Positions 1 to 13,365 of a DNA stretch of 64,000 nt are shown piece after piece. The translations under genes and the position numbers were made by a program. Where the stretch lies: positions 1,426,001 through 1,490,000 of the forward strand of contig OZ361257.1 of assembly GCA_977018835.1 (NCBI GenBank), written 5' to 3'. Each line of letters starts with the position of its first letter. Position 1 is the stretch's first letter. This DNA is from Minutocellus sp. GHC0000111. Lineage: Eukaryota. The notes beneath the pieces are model-generated. The model was not told where the DNA came from. It worked only from the letters and a program-made list of their open reading frames with translations, and did not search any database.

Positions 1-30
1 GTTCTGGATGGGGTACGGCACGCCATCGGA

Positions 31-3000
31 TTGGAAAGCAAAGGCGGCAGCATGGACTGGTCGGCGGAGGAGGCGGCAAGGCTGGCGGCCGCCGTCGAGT
101 CCGAATCTTTCCGCCTGTCGAGAGATGGGATCGTCGAGCATCACTTCGCTCGAAGGCGGAGCAGCGGCGGCCGGGCAGGAAAATCATCGTCTCCGTCCAG
201 GAATAGGAAGGCGACGCCATCACCCGATCGTACTCCCAGGGCTGCTAGTAGACCTGCCGCCGCCGCTGCAGGTGCTGGTGCCGTTACCGCGGAAGAGGGC
301 CGAGGAGCGATGGCTACTCCCAGAAAAGATACAAGGAGGGCATCTGCCAACTCTGCTGTCGCAGGTGACTCGGAGCATGGAAGAGATGAGATTCCAACGG
401 ATCTCGACGCTGGGGCTACTTCTAGCAGTAGTATCAAGCCACGAAAATTTGTTGTTGCCAGTCGAATTCCACAGTCTGCCGAGAACAAACGGACAAGCGC
501 AGGAGAAACACCTGAAGCGACTCTCCGCCAAATGATCAAGAAGGGCAAAAAAGGCAGAAGTAAAGAGAGAGACGCAATGGCACTTGCTGCAAGCGCTGCT
601 GCCACCGCCAGTGCGGGCGGTAATGTCAACCGAGGCGCGACCTCAACTATTGGAAAACAGGAAAGCACCGTCAGCAATGAGGGGGACTCCATCGGCAAGC
701 TGCTCGCAGAACATGCCGCGCCGGTTGCGTTTGATCCCGACAACATTACTGGTGATGGTACCGCACTTGCTGGGATGATCAAGACAACTCCTTCGGCTAA
801 AATTGGTCGATATTTGCCAGAAGTTGCGTGTCGCGTCCCCTCTTCGTCTGTTTGCTTCCATCTCAAAGGAGATAAGCGGCATGTTCAATCGACGCAACCT
901 TTCGTCGTCGAGGCACCTCACGTTATCTTCGGAGGGGGGAGGGATAGGCTCATTCGCCGGGTGGCCGCCGACGGCAACCCACTTGTCGATGCAAGGCGAT
1001 TCGAATACCTGTCCAACAATGAACTTTCGATGAGCCAGCGGACCGAGAGTTTGCTCTGCGCAGGGGCAACTGTTTGGGTAGACGTTGCAAAGCCACCGAA
1101 GAAGGATACCAAGACTTCCGTCGACATTGCCAAGAACATCGGTAACGCCGCAACAAAGACCGCTCACGACACAAACAAGGGTGTAAAGAAGATGTTCAAG
1201 TTTGCCACTGTTAGGGTTAGGTCAAGGAAGAAAAGAGCAGTGTTGCTGAAGACAGTCAAGATGACGCCTCTAATCCGAGTGAGAGGCCTTCTTTGGACGG
1301 GAGCAGCGTGGCCGTCGGTGTCGGTGAAATTTCTGCTGGTGCGATCGATGATACACTTCCACTTGGCGATATTTCTTCTCAGGTCTCACCCGCACGTGCA
1401 AGTGAGGAGAATGCTGGGTCGTTATCCATATCCTCCAGTAGATTGCCCGATGCACCCAGGCCGTACGTTCTTGTGCTTGATGATGTTTTGGATTTCAGGG
1501 TACAAGAGTTTCCATCCAACTCAACGATTGCTTCGTTTCCCATCTCGGTCGCGTCCATATTGAACAATACTGGCATGGAGGAACGGCTGAATAATCCCCG
1601 TCGTCCTAGTGAGCTCACCGTGACACTCGTCCAAGAACCGTCGATCAAGGAGAAGAAATGGGGTTGCGAAGTAAAGATAACATTCCGATGCGCAGAGGTC
1701 CGGCCGGACACGCCTCTTGCTATGGAGAAGCCGGAGCAAGACGACAAGGGGAGATGGACGAAGTCGAGCCTCGATGATAGAATGAGAAGGATGCGCGTCA
1801 ATCTGAAAAACGTCGGTAAACCCAAGGAAAGAATAGAAGAAGAGATTAGGGCGATGGAAGAAAAAGAGTTAGAAGAAGAGGAAGAGCGTGAGGCCGCGAT
1901 TATCATGGCTGGGATTGGAAAAGGATATGAGCAAGGTGCCCCCGCAAGGGAGATTGTCAAACGCCAAATGTTTTACGATCCCGAGCGCGAAGAATTTCGG
2001 CGTAAGCCAAGGGCCTTCAATTCAAACGACCTCAACTCCGGCGTCATTAGAGAAGTGGCGTTGACGTCGTCCAATATTCCTGGATCAAAGAAGAGTTCTT
2101 CGAAACAGAAACAGAGAATGTCGCCCATCCCAGACATTCCAGACATACCGACTGAAATTCTTTCCTTTGATAACAACGAAAGGCAGCAGAGTGAATTCCC
2201 TCTGGTCAATCTTTCCAACATGTCTACGGATGAGACCACCGAAGGTCAGATGAAGTCGAACATAGACGAAGCAGTATTCAAATCTTGTGTAGAACGGGAA
2301 GAAAAGGAGGAGGAGGGATCGCATTCCTTCTCAATGCAAGCCATGCGCTCGCAATATGGATCCGCCCGGGACCTCCTACTTCCCGATATTGAAGGCGATA
2401 GTAACAATCCTTCAAAGGTGGTGGCAAGCGAGACGAAGCAGGAAGAGGCAACAGGAGGGGAGAATGAAGTTTTTGTTTCTGCGCAGACTGGATCTTCATC
2501 CGCGCCCGGTACATCTTCTCTTCGCAAACTTGAAAGGAAAAAGAACAACGTGTCGGTGGTATTCAAGTCGATGATTGAAGAGCCTTCTCCCACAGTGGCG
2601 GCAGAAAGGTCCGAAAGTACCAGTGTAGATATTCCGAGTCAATCCAAGGAGGTCTCTTTTTCGAATCCAAGTGAAAATGACATTTTCTTGAGTGCTGTCC
2701 ACGGCCCAACAACCATCAGTGAATCGGAATCCAGTGTCGTCGACAGGAAACAGTCCCGAAACGAGAGCATAGATAGTTTCTTCAGTGATGACACTGGGAC
2801 CGGTGATGATAGCGATGCCGATGCATTTTCTCCTCGTTCGGCCGCTACCACCGAGTCAGCAACCTTTTCACCCTCTCGCGAAGCTGAGATTGCAAGAGAA
2901 GAAGAGGAGGAGAGGGTGGCGAGACAAAGAGACAGGAAGAGGCTTTCGATGCAGTCTATGGCGCTCATGCATCTGAGCCTTGGTGGTGCTGCTCAGCAGA

Positions 3001-3314
3001 AGAATCTTCTCGGAGATGAAATGGATTTACTGTATCAAATAGCCATTGAGGAAGAGGAAGAAGAGCTGGGAGGAAGTAAATCGAGTGTTGCCCGTCGTAG
3101 TGCTACCGGTGCCGTGGGTATCAGCAGCCCCGGCGAGAAGAAGCAACAACAGCAGCAGCAAAGAACGAGCACGTCAAGGGTGAAAGAATATGGCTTGTCG
3201 ATCCGAGACAAGGGCAAACGAGTGCTCTTGGAGGAATATCCTGGCTTAATGATATTGCTCTGTGTCATCCTTTCGGTTGTGTCTGTGAAAGTGATTTTCC
3301 GTCTGCTCTTGTAG
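31..3314 (+). pseudogene. Large low-complexity protein with a C-terminal transmembrane anchor, split by a frameshift near 1215-1290
   Basis: ORF 31..1563 reads plausibly to ...KFATVRVR. The frame of ORF 1293..3314 is open from 1221 (VKEEKSSVAEDSQDDAS...) and ends in a hydrophobic tail (GLMILLCVILSVVSVKVIFRLLL). There is no intron-sized gap between the two frames. Function not recognised. Confidence 0.6.
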
Positions 3315-4074
3315 ATATGGATCTGGATCGGAAAGGGATCTCTCTACAGGTATATGTAGACTAGATCTACCGGTACATGCATAAACAGAATCTACGTAAA
3401 CGTTTATCAAATTGTCATCTTGAGGGCAAGATCAATAGAGTCAAGGCAATTCACCGCAGAAACTTCGTCTTTCTTATTCGTAATGATACCCAGGGCCGCT
3501 CCTGTAACCTTGGAATTGCCCGTACATGTAGTACCCATACTCTCTACTCGAATAATGAGTAGAGAATCCATCTCCCTCAGAACATCGGCCAGTCTCAAAA
3601 TGGGACTTGGCTTCCTCCGCTACTCTAGCCGCTTCCTCTTTTGAACCACGTAGAAAGTGAAGTCTCGATCGTTTGTGAAGGGACAATCCTCGAGCTATGG
3701 CACCAGCAAGTGCACGGCGGTGTAGATCTAGGAATTCCTAGGTGTAGAGTAACTGAGTAAGCTCCATGTAGAGTCTTTGAAGAAGTAACTCTACTAGGTA
3801 CATGTAGATCTATCTGCAAGAGGTCAGTACCGTTAGATCTAGTTGCTGAATCAAGAGGCGATGGATGTGCCAAGAGAGCAAGCCTGCCGGGCACGACGGT
3901 TATCCGTTGGCCAAGAAGCTGCCTCTCCCGCGCCCGCCAAATCCAATTTTTGTCGCCTTTTGAACCTCGGCGGCCTTCTTCTCCCAGGCAGGCGGCGTCA
4001 GTTCCAATACAAGCAAGCAGCACTGTAAGCCCTTGTACGAGCTCTTGTGCACATATATTGAGACCAGCACGACA

Positions 4075-6251
4075 ATGAAGCTTCGATTCCTTCTTTTGGC
4101 GTCCGCTGCTTCGGTGGCGGCGTCCGCCGCACATGCGGATGGGAAGACGACGTACGATCTTCTCCGCTCCTCCGCCGGGCGCAAGCTGGGTGAGATGGAC
4201 GGTGGCGGCGCCGAGACTCTGCCCGAGGAGGGAGTGCCTGACAATACCCTCCCGGGCGTGCCTGATAACGAGCTTCCAGGCGTGCCTGACAACGAACTCC
4301 CGGAAGTTGGCATCCCCGACAATGAGCTGCCGGAAGTTGGCATCCCCGGCAATGAGCTTCCTGGTATTCCCTGCGAGGATTTCAAGGAGGACTGTGAGGC
4401 ATGTGCCGCTGCCGGGTATTGCGTCTTTTCGCCCGACGTTGGCAAGGATGGATCCTGCCTCCCCAACTGCGACGAGGCGCCCGCCGACGGTGCGTGCTAT
4501 TCGCCTCCCAACTTTGACGACATGACGTGCAAGGAGCTGTCGACGGACTGCGAGAAGGACTTTGATACCTGCATGGGATGCCTCGGCAGTGGCTTCTGCT
4601 CCTACAGTCCCGACACCGGCAAGGACGGCAGCTGTCTGGCCAGTTGCGACGATGCCGTTGCCGACGGCCGGTGCTTCGAGAAGGGATCGGGCGACGACAT
4701 CTGTGGCAAACTTGACACCGAGGAACCGACCGAAAGTCCCACGGATGCCCCGACCATATTTGTGGAGCCAACCCCGCTTCCCTCTCCTGAGCCGACGACG
4801 GCTCTGCCTACCGCCTTCCCCACCGTTGCCATCACACCGGAGCCGAGCGATCCCATTCCGGTGTCGGAGCCGACGGAGATGCCTGTCGGCGACGAGCCCA
4901 CCACGGCGGAACCAACCCCACTCCCAACGATTATCGAAGTGGAGCCATCTCCCCTTCCCTCTCCTGAGCCGACACATGTTGCCGAGCTAACCTGTGTCAA
5001 TACTGGAGGAAAGATTGGCACTGCCGACTGCTGTCTCTTTGTGGATGATTTCGTAAGTCTCACTATGCGTGTGCTTGTATGACTGTATCTTCTGTTGGCG
5101 AGGCGGCACCTTCAAGTCATTTTCTACATGCATGTATGTTCTAACTTGTCTCTACATACTCTAACATCCCTTCGTTGCTTCGCCTTCGTTCATATTTCCA
5201 TTCCATCCTCGCTTTTCTTAGCCCAACACCTGCATCCCCCGCCTGTGCGAGTGTGACAAGGATTTCTCTCACGAAGTTTCTGTGTGCGAATGTCCCAAGG
5301 ACAATTGCTACGACGGATCTCACTGTGTTCCCATGGAAGAAGTCACCCCGGAACCAACCCCTGTTCCGACCACCGCTAGTCCCACGGTGACGCCAACTTT
5401 CGAACCATCGCCATTCCCTACTCCTGAGGGAGAGACTGAGTGTATTGAGTCCGGTGGCGTCATCGTCACCGACAGCTGCTGCGAGGATGCTGGAAACTTC
5501 CCTAACACCTGTCGCGCGGGCACATGTGAATGCAACGACAAGGACAGCGTCGCCACTCAGCTGTGTATCTGCGAGGAGGGCAAGTGCTTCAACGGAAAAC
5601 GGTGCAAGAATATCCCCACTCCCGCCCCGACTCCTGAGCCGACCATGCAGCCCACCCCGAAGCAGGCTGAGACCTGCACTCGCAGTGGTGGCGAGATTGT
5701 TGTTGAGAGCTGTTGCAAGGTGCGAAAATTGCAGAAACATGCCGTATTCTATTGTTTGTGGCGCCTACAATCCATGTTTATTTGTCATAATCTTATGAGA
5801 TCCATAATTCTCACTTGAATTCTTGCTTTCCACCATTAACTCACATCAAACACAGAGCTTCGATGACTTTGTTGACACCTGCACCTACCCCGAGGCCTGC
5901 GACTGTTCTGACAAGAACTCGCACGCCATCGCCATCTGCTCCTGCAGCGGAGAGGGTCAGTGCTACAACGGGAAGAAGTGCATCGACACGGCCGAACCAA
6001 CTCTCTTCCCTACTTCTTCACCGACTGCGGCGCCTGTAGTCAGCACCGAATCGCCCACGATGATGCCCAGCGATGCACCTACGATGGCCGATCCTACCAT
6101 GACGCCAACTATCCCATCTGATCCGACTTTCAGCCCGACTTCAACCGATGAGCCCAGCCCTCCCAACACCGCTTTCGCTGGAGCCACCGCGTCTGTGGGA
6201 GCGGCCATTGTCTCTGTCGTTACCATGTTTACTCTTGGTATTTTCATGTAA
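4075..6251 (+). CDS. Secreted, probably GPI-anchored Cys-rich and Pro/Thr-rich (mucin-like) surface protein; 3 exons (4075-5052, 5222-5719, 5856-6251)
   Basis: Signal peptide MKLRFLLLASAASVAASAAHA, RKL motif, PDNELP repeats, duplicated CxxCxxxGxCxxSPDxGKDGSC modules, PT-rich linkers and a hydrophobic C-terminus. GT..AG introns 5053-5221 and 5720-5855 join the three ORFs in frame. Confidence 0.8.
4228..4372 (+). repeat. Coding tandem repeat (21-27 bp units) encoding (G/E)-V-(G-I)-PDNELP, about 5 copies
   Basis: Translation EGVPDNTLPGVPDNELPGVPDNELPEVGIPDNELPEVGIPGNELPGIP. Confidence 0.8.
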
Positions 6252-6419
6252 TTCTTTTTGTGCAATGATCTGAGCGCCAAGCAACTTTTAACCTTGGGAT
6301 TCCTATTTCTCTTAAAATGAAATCAAAACTTATGGTCCAACACGTCGCTTATCTATGGAAATTTTTCCTTCTAGTCTAGGTATTTGAGTTCGTTTCTAGA
6401 ATCATTATCATTAGTGTGC

Positions 6420-9400
6420 TTATTTTGGCAACTCAATACCAGTATTACTCTGACCAAGAATATCGGACAGTGCAACCCCACCAATGTTCATTTCGACGGT
6501 TGCCTCCCCATGAAGCAACGCTTCCAGACGAGCGCTGAATTGCTCGCTCCTCTGTACCTCTTGGCTCTTCTTCTTCTTTGATGATTTCCCCTTCTTTGCT
6601 GCCGGACGTCGACGTTTAGCTCTCTGCAGGGCAGAAGAAGAGGATCCACTGGCGCCCTCATCAGCATCCTTTTGAGCGCGTCGTTTGCTCCTGTGAGACG
6701 ATGACAATGCAGTAGGCGCAGCAGCAGAAGGTTCCCATACAGATGCCTTCCAACCGGCATCGACCACTCTATGAGAAGTAGGAAAGCTGACTGCAAGTGC
6801 AGTCTCCGTGGTAAGAGCCGGGACGCTTTCTTCGACATTGCGAGCATTCAAATCAGAAACCCTCCTAATTGTACGCTCCACAACGCCAGATATTTCGCAT
6901 GTCGGTAGGTAGATGATTCCCTCTTCCATCTGTGACGATGAAGCATCTTGCCACATGAGAATTTCTTCTAGTGCATGACGATGTTTCGTATCCCAAATCA
7001 ATTCCTTGCAAAGTTCCTTGACATTGCGTGGTGCATTCGCCAACAATGATTGGGCCGCATCGCTTACTGTATTAGCAGTACAATAGACCTCAAAGCACTT
7101 CAATAGAACATTTTCGATATTTGTAGCATCGAGGGGTGACGTAGATTCTGACGCATGTGGTCCACTTAGCCAGTTCAAGGGCAACGCGAATTCGTCACAC
7201 CAGTATTTCGCAACTGCCAACGGGTGCTCGTTGGAGGACGCAAAATCACGACAAGGCCAGGAAGAAAGCATGGTCCTCCTCAGCCGAGCCACCGTATCGT
7301 TCAGTTCGAGCACCAGGCATGAGATTGTTTCATTTAGTAGACGCAATATGCCAGTCTCAGTCGCCCTCACCGAATTTTCAACGACCAAATACTCCGAATC
7401 CCAAAGGATATTACGGAGACAAATGCGTCCAAGCTTGGGAAGGGAGATTCGTCCGATACCAAATGGCTCGCCATCAATCACTTGAGACTGAGCAAAGTCG
7501 GAACGGAGCACTTCGCAAGATGCAAACAGCGACGAGTCAAGGCCATCGATGTTCCAAGATGCAGGTGCCAGATTCCCAATGTGCGACGCTCCAAGACGGC
7601 CCCCTTCGATGAGGTTCTGAATCATCTGTGAGTAACCCGCATCAATGCCGTCGTCCAGATTCAAACAAACGAAAGGAATGTGATTCTGTGACAGAGCTTC
7701 GGACTGGCTTGAAAGGAACGAAATACATTCATTACACTGAGTGGCATCGAATGGTGGGATGACGAGGATGGCAGAGTCGCAACCCTTGACGCTACTTGCT
7801 GTGTCTCTGATCTGAACTACGCACGATCTCACTTCCATTGTCTTTTCGTTGACGAATCGATGAGCCAGATTGGTTGTACCAAATGCAAATCGAGAGTACA
7901 TCCACTTGTATAGTTTCTCGGTAAGATCAGCGGATGGGCCGTCAAACGAAGGGACAACCACCGCCATTTTGAATAGGGAAACGTAGTGGTTGGATTGGGG
8001 ATGTTGGTCGGGGGCATTCGCGCCGTGCTGTTGATTTTTCTCTTGTTGCTGCGAAGAAATTTCACTACGTAGGGCATCGGCAACTAAGGCCGACAAGTCA
8101 ATTTGTTTCCCGAGCATGTTCCCAAGCTGGTAGAAGAGATCTTCAGGTCGAGTCGGTTCCGGAGTAGGAAGGGTTCTTCGACTCACAATGGCCGTGGACG
8201 TAGACTTTCCTTCTGTGCGGCTGGATATAGAAAGAAGGACCGCCGGCGAGAGCTGCACTTCGCGAAGGCGCTCGAGAGTTTGATGAGTCTGTCGAATACC
8301 GCGGTTACTTTCTTCCGCACGCCGACGCCATCGGCGGAATACCATCTCCTTCCGTGCTGCGTCCAGCTTTCGTTGCCATTCTCGTTCTTTTCTCTCCTCT
8401 TCTTCCCGGATTCTTCGCAAACGCTCCTCCTCGGCACGACGGGCAGCTTCGGCAGCTCTAGCGGCCTCTTCCTCCGCACGCCTCCGAGCTTCGGCAGCTT
8501 TGCGCTCTTCCTCGATGCGCTTCAGTTCTAGCTGTCGTTGCCGTTCTCGTTCCTCTGCTTCCAGTCGAAGTCGTTCCTCCTCGCGCTTGCGCTCGATAGC
8601 GGCCAATCTCGCCGCCTCTTCTGCCTGTCTGCGCTCAGCCTCGGCACGAGCGGCAGCTTCCTTCTCGCGCAGAATCCTTTGTTCCTCCCTTTTTCGAGCC
8701 TCTTCCTCTTTGCGTTTCTTCTCCTCCATTTCGAGTCGTAGCTTTTCCTTTCGCTGTTCCTCGGCGCGCTGCAGAGCCAATTTACGTTGTCTTTCCCTCT
8801 CTTCCTGTTCCTGTCGCCGCTGTTGTTCTTCTCGCTCTTTGCGCGCCATTTCTTCAGCTTTTGCGGCAACTTCCGTGGCCTTTCTTCGTCGCTCAGCTTC
8901 AATTTTCTCCGCAGCTTCTCTCTGTTGTTGAAGACGAGCGGCGTCCTTGGCTCTTTCCTCAGCCTCGGTGGCAAGGCGTTGCTGTTGCTCTTGTTGCGCG
9001 GCCATTCGTTCCTGCAAAGACATGGTACCTGGCGGCCTAACGACATGAGATAGCGTCGAGCCTTCTCCACTGACCTCACCACGACAGACGGCCAATCGAG
9101 TGGCATTCATGCGCTTGCTCTCGATGGTCCTGTTCATCTTCAATGACCGGAGTGGGATGATATGGCCCTTCTTGGGATCCGTCTTTTCCTTAAACGAGGA
9201 CTTGCGCCACTCGATCCATTCACCGCCATATCGTCCACCATCATCACCGGCGACAACGGTAATATTGTAGTGCTGACAAGCTTCTCTTGCCTCTTCTATG
9301 CTTTCGAAACACAACATATCTCTCAAACGGGAAAGGGGGTACCTGTCTTAGTGATTCTTCCCCTCTCGACTCTTTCCGCCGTATGAGCGGGACATGGTTT

Positions 9401-12400
9401 TGATAGCCGACTTTCTCATATCCATCACGTATTTGAACATGACACAGGCAAACAAATACGGTGTGCCAGGATCTCTGAGGATGCTAAAGAATCGGGCGTA
9501 GCTGTGCAAATGGTAGGTACGGCAGGATGAAGTTTGTTATGAAAAAAAGTGGGTGAGGTAACAAGTATATAGCGGCGATGCTTTGAGTGCGACTACGTAT
9601 GCATAAAAGCACTCACTTGTTTTCCTTCCATGCTCGAAAAACAGACAGGGCCAACTGCACCGGTCGAGAATTGTAAATCTCGGGCCGGTTCTTGTAGAGG
9701 CTGGATGCATACTTGAGCACTTCCATACCTCCATCATCATTTAGCGTCAAGACGATGTATAAGCCACGCATCTCGGGCTCGGCAGTGCCATTGCTTGCAC
9801 TTCCAGATTGCCCAATGATTCGAGAGGACGTGTCCATCGTTGTGCTATCATTTTCAAGTACAGTCCCATCATAATCCACAGGAGCGCGTCCACCCATAAT
9901 ACTGTCGTTCTGACACCCGTGTCGAGGATCAGATTCTTTATCCTCTATCGTTGACCGTCCCTCCGAATCATCGTAATACTGGTTCAGTGTCTTCATTGCT
10001 TGCCCGAGCTCTTGGATGTTTTACTGACTCTGTTGAACAACATAGTCCGATATATGGCTTAGTTGGTGTTCCATCATGCAATGCCATCGAGCAATGCGCT
10101 CAGGACATCGGACCGCAGCGGCAGAACATCGACCACCGGTGCCGGTATAGTTCTGTAAAATGTAATCCTTGCGGATCATTCGAGTTCTATCCCAGATAAA
10201 TTGGTACACATCAAGGCTGGGCGGGACGGAATCGCCATATCGGCTGTCCGGGCCCTGTCTATCTCTCTCCATTACCCACTCCTCGAGATAGGCGCAACTC
10301 CGCTCCAAAATGGCCTAATGCATGGAAATAATAGACGGTATGAGAAAGAACAGTGAGGAGGGTTGAAAGGGAAAAAATGAAGAAATCACAACAGGCCCAA
10401 GCTCTTTCACATCGCACACTTACCGGAGGACGAACAAGCTCGGGAATATCCAGCTTGAAATCGGCAGCACTGCGGCGGAAACGCTTCACAGCAGTATCTC
10501 GCAGCGTCCACCCAGCGGGATGGATGCCCCCAGGGTCTGGCGTCTCCAGCATCTGAATGTCGCCCTCCTTTTCGCGACGGAGCAGTTCCTCGTCAGGACA
10601 CATGACCATACAAATACCATCAAGAGATTTCGCCTTGTGCAGTGCTCCCTTACCACCCATGTTGTCCTCGTCATCATTGGCCTCTCCTTCCTCTAGTTCC
10701 TGTTGTTCCGATCCCTCTTCTCTGGCTTGTGCCATTTTGAGCAGATCAGCAGGAAGAAGAGACCGAGTTGACCGGTCCGTCTTGGTTGCAAAACGAGCGG
10801 CATTTTTTGCAGCCATGGCTGCCTTGTCGATTTGACCTCCTGCGCTGCCACTGCCACCACCGCCGAATCCTCTCCCATCTCCTCTTTTGATAGGAACGGG
10901 TGACGGGGTCTTTCCTCGCCGCGATGATTTGGAGGAGGCAGCAGCAAAGGGTGTTGGAGAGGATGCAGATGCGCCCCCAAACACGGGTGCAGGAGCTGGT
11001 ACCGCATCACTGGCCTTCTCCTCTTCCTCTCGCTGCTTCTCGGCCCTCTGCCTTTTCTGCTCTTCGAGTTTCTTCTTCTTGGCCTCGAGCTTGGCCTTTA
11101 GGCGGGAAAGCTCGTCGCCACCTCCACCTGCACCACCATCATCAGCGCCGCCAGCTGCTGCAGCCCCACCAAATACTGATGTTCCATCCCCGTCCGGTCT
11201 CTTTTTTCTTGGAATGGTTCCGAACGGGGTGTTACTCCCACCAGTATCCGTCGAGTCTGCTGCTCCCATCATGCCGTCATCACCGCCAGTGGAGGTGGCA
11301 CTCTTACCAAAGGCACCGCCGCCGCCACCACCGAAAGGCGCCGGAGAAGATGAGGTATTTGCACTGCCAAAGCCGCTGGAACCAAAGGCCGAGCCCCCGC
11401 CAAAGGCACTGGTACTACTACTCATACCACCACCACCGGCAGCCTGTTGGCCAAACCCACCCGTCGTGGTGCTGCTGGCACCGAACGCAGGAGCTGGTGC
11501 GTTGGGTCCAGATGTTGTATTCCCGGCAATGTCGGTCGATGTCGAGGAGGTGGTCGAACCGAAACCACCACCGCCGGTAGCAGTGGAGCCGAAACCACCA
11601 CCGCTGGTAGCAGTGGAGCTGAAACCACCACCGCTGGTGGTATTCGCAGCAGAGCCAAAGCCACCGCCGCCGGTACTAGTACCGGTCCCACCAAACGATG
11701 GCTGAGCACCAGACGGAGCCTGAGCCACCGTGGTCGACGTCCCGAACGAAATGGCCGGAGCAGGAGCGGCCGCTCCACCTCCAAAGGGATTGGGAACCGC
11801 CGCCGAGGAGGATGCCGGTGCCGGCGCGCCAAAGCCAGCGGGTTGCTGTGCATGGGTAGGGGTAGTCGCTGCAGTATTGTTGTTGCCGAATCCTCCTCCT
11901 CCACCACCGCTACCAAAACCACCACCACTACTGCTACCAAAACCACCACCAAACGAGGGTGTAGTCTGCGCTGGTGCTGCACCAAATCCCGATGCGGTAT
12001 TGGCGGCACCAAACGCTGCCGCCGTGGCCGGGGCGGGTGTGCTCATGGTCGTCTGCGACTGTCCAAAGGCCGGGGCACCCGGTGGTGGCACTGCTCCTGC
12101 TGCTGTCGGGGCGGTCTGGCCGAATCCACCGGTGCCACCACCACCACCACCACCACCACCGCTGGTGCCGAACCCACCTGCCGTCGGCGGAGGGGTGCCG
12201 AAGGACGAAAAGGAGCCGCCGGCGCTGGGAGTGCTGGTGTTGTTGGTAGCGGTGCTGCCAAATCCACCGGTGCCGCCGCCGAACCCGCCTCCGCCGAACC
12301 CCGACGAGGCCGGAGGGACGGCAGTTGCAGCAGCTGGGGTGCCAAATGCCGCGCCACCGCCGGTAGCGGTACCAAATCCAGGAGTTGCCGGCGGCTGTTG

Positions 12401-12514
12401 TTGCTGCTGCGGCTGGCCGAACGCGGAACCGAACGAGGGGGCGGGCGCCGCTTGTTGCCGCTGCGGCTGGCCGAAGCCGCCCCCACCGAAACCGCCGCTT
12501 CCGAATCCCGCCAT
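6420..12514 (-). pseudogene. SAC3: SAC3/GANP-family mRNA export factor (TREX-2) with an FG-repeat N-terminus; introns 10423-10315 and 9616-9502; two in-frame premature TAA codons (10021-10023, 9348-9350)
   Basis: FG/GGFG-rich N-terminus. SAC3 motifs GICMVMCPDEE, AVKRFRRSAA, LVRPP, YQFIWDRTRMIRKD, ERIARWH and NYARFF. After splicing, the frame is continuous apart from QSQ*NIQELGQ and GKNH*DRYPL. Confidence 0.85.
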
Positions 12515-13365
12515 ATCTTTCAATGGGTATAAATATCACGAATCTGGTGTAAGTGATTCGATCGGATTGGAACCCGTTTGACTTGCAGTGCGTATCTCTC
12601 GCAGCGTTTGGGTGGCCCGTCGGCGTCAATCAGAGAGGGGTCAATCAAGGCCCCGTCCCGCCCTGCTTGCTTTCGAGAGGTTACTCGACTCGCGCTTGGC
12701 TTGTTCCGACTGCAAAGGGGCAGAATTCGTATCCTGATGCGATTGGCTCGGAGGGGTGGCGGCGTCCACGTACCTAGGTACCTTTGCAACCTCCCTTCAG
12801 CACGAGATGTGCGGATTTTTGCATTATTTCGTGCCAGTCCGTTCATCGTCCGGTGCGACCAAAAAGCAACTTTTGAGAGTAAAAGACAGAAATCGGCCGA
12901 AACGAAAATCCAAAATGCGCGTCATCTGCGTCGGATGCCTTTCTCCGCTGGCACACTGGCCACGCATTTGATTTTGACACTATCGCTGCTATCCTTGCTT
13001 GACTTACATGTATGTAGGCCTACTCGCCGATCAGCAATGTTCCGATTGCATATCTTCCGGCATCAACATAAGCGGCGTGGAAGCAGGCACAGATGCTGTT
13101 TTGAGATTACATGCCACGTACATGCCTCTGCTCGGCGCTCAGAAAGATAGCTACGTAATTGTAGTAGAGCAAACACAAAGCCATACAAGAGCAGCCTCCT
13201 CGGCGGTACTAGTAGCCAGTTCTCCCTCGATGAGATAGAGTAGGCGCCCCATCCACTACGGCCCAGCTAGGCCTACGTACCCGGTAGTAGGACGAGAGAC
13301 ACTCCATTATTCGGCCTCCTACGTAGGCGCGGTAACACGTCCGAGAAAGGAAAGGACAGTGCGCC

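Noticed and set aside
1210..1222. TTAGGGTTAGG as a telomeric insertion, or GTTAG as a 5-nt micro-intron, at the gene-1 frameshift
   Set aside because: Fewer than two full repeats, too short to splice, and loss of one G explains the frameshift more simply.
3625..4977. 450-aa minus-strand ORF, and similar shadow ORFs at 49213-51166 and 33547-34461
   Set aside because: They are antisense or alternate-frame shadows of well-supported genes and have no recognisable domains.
10887..12629. Several long overlapping ORFs antisense to or out of frame with the SAC3 FG region
   Set aside because: They are by-products of GC-rich Gly/Ala low-complexity coding sequence and show no independent motifs.
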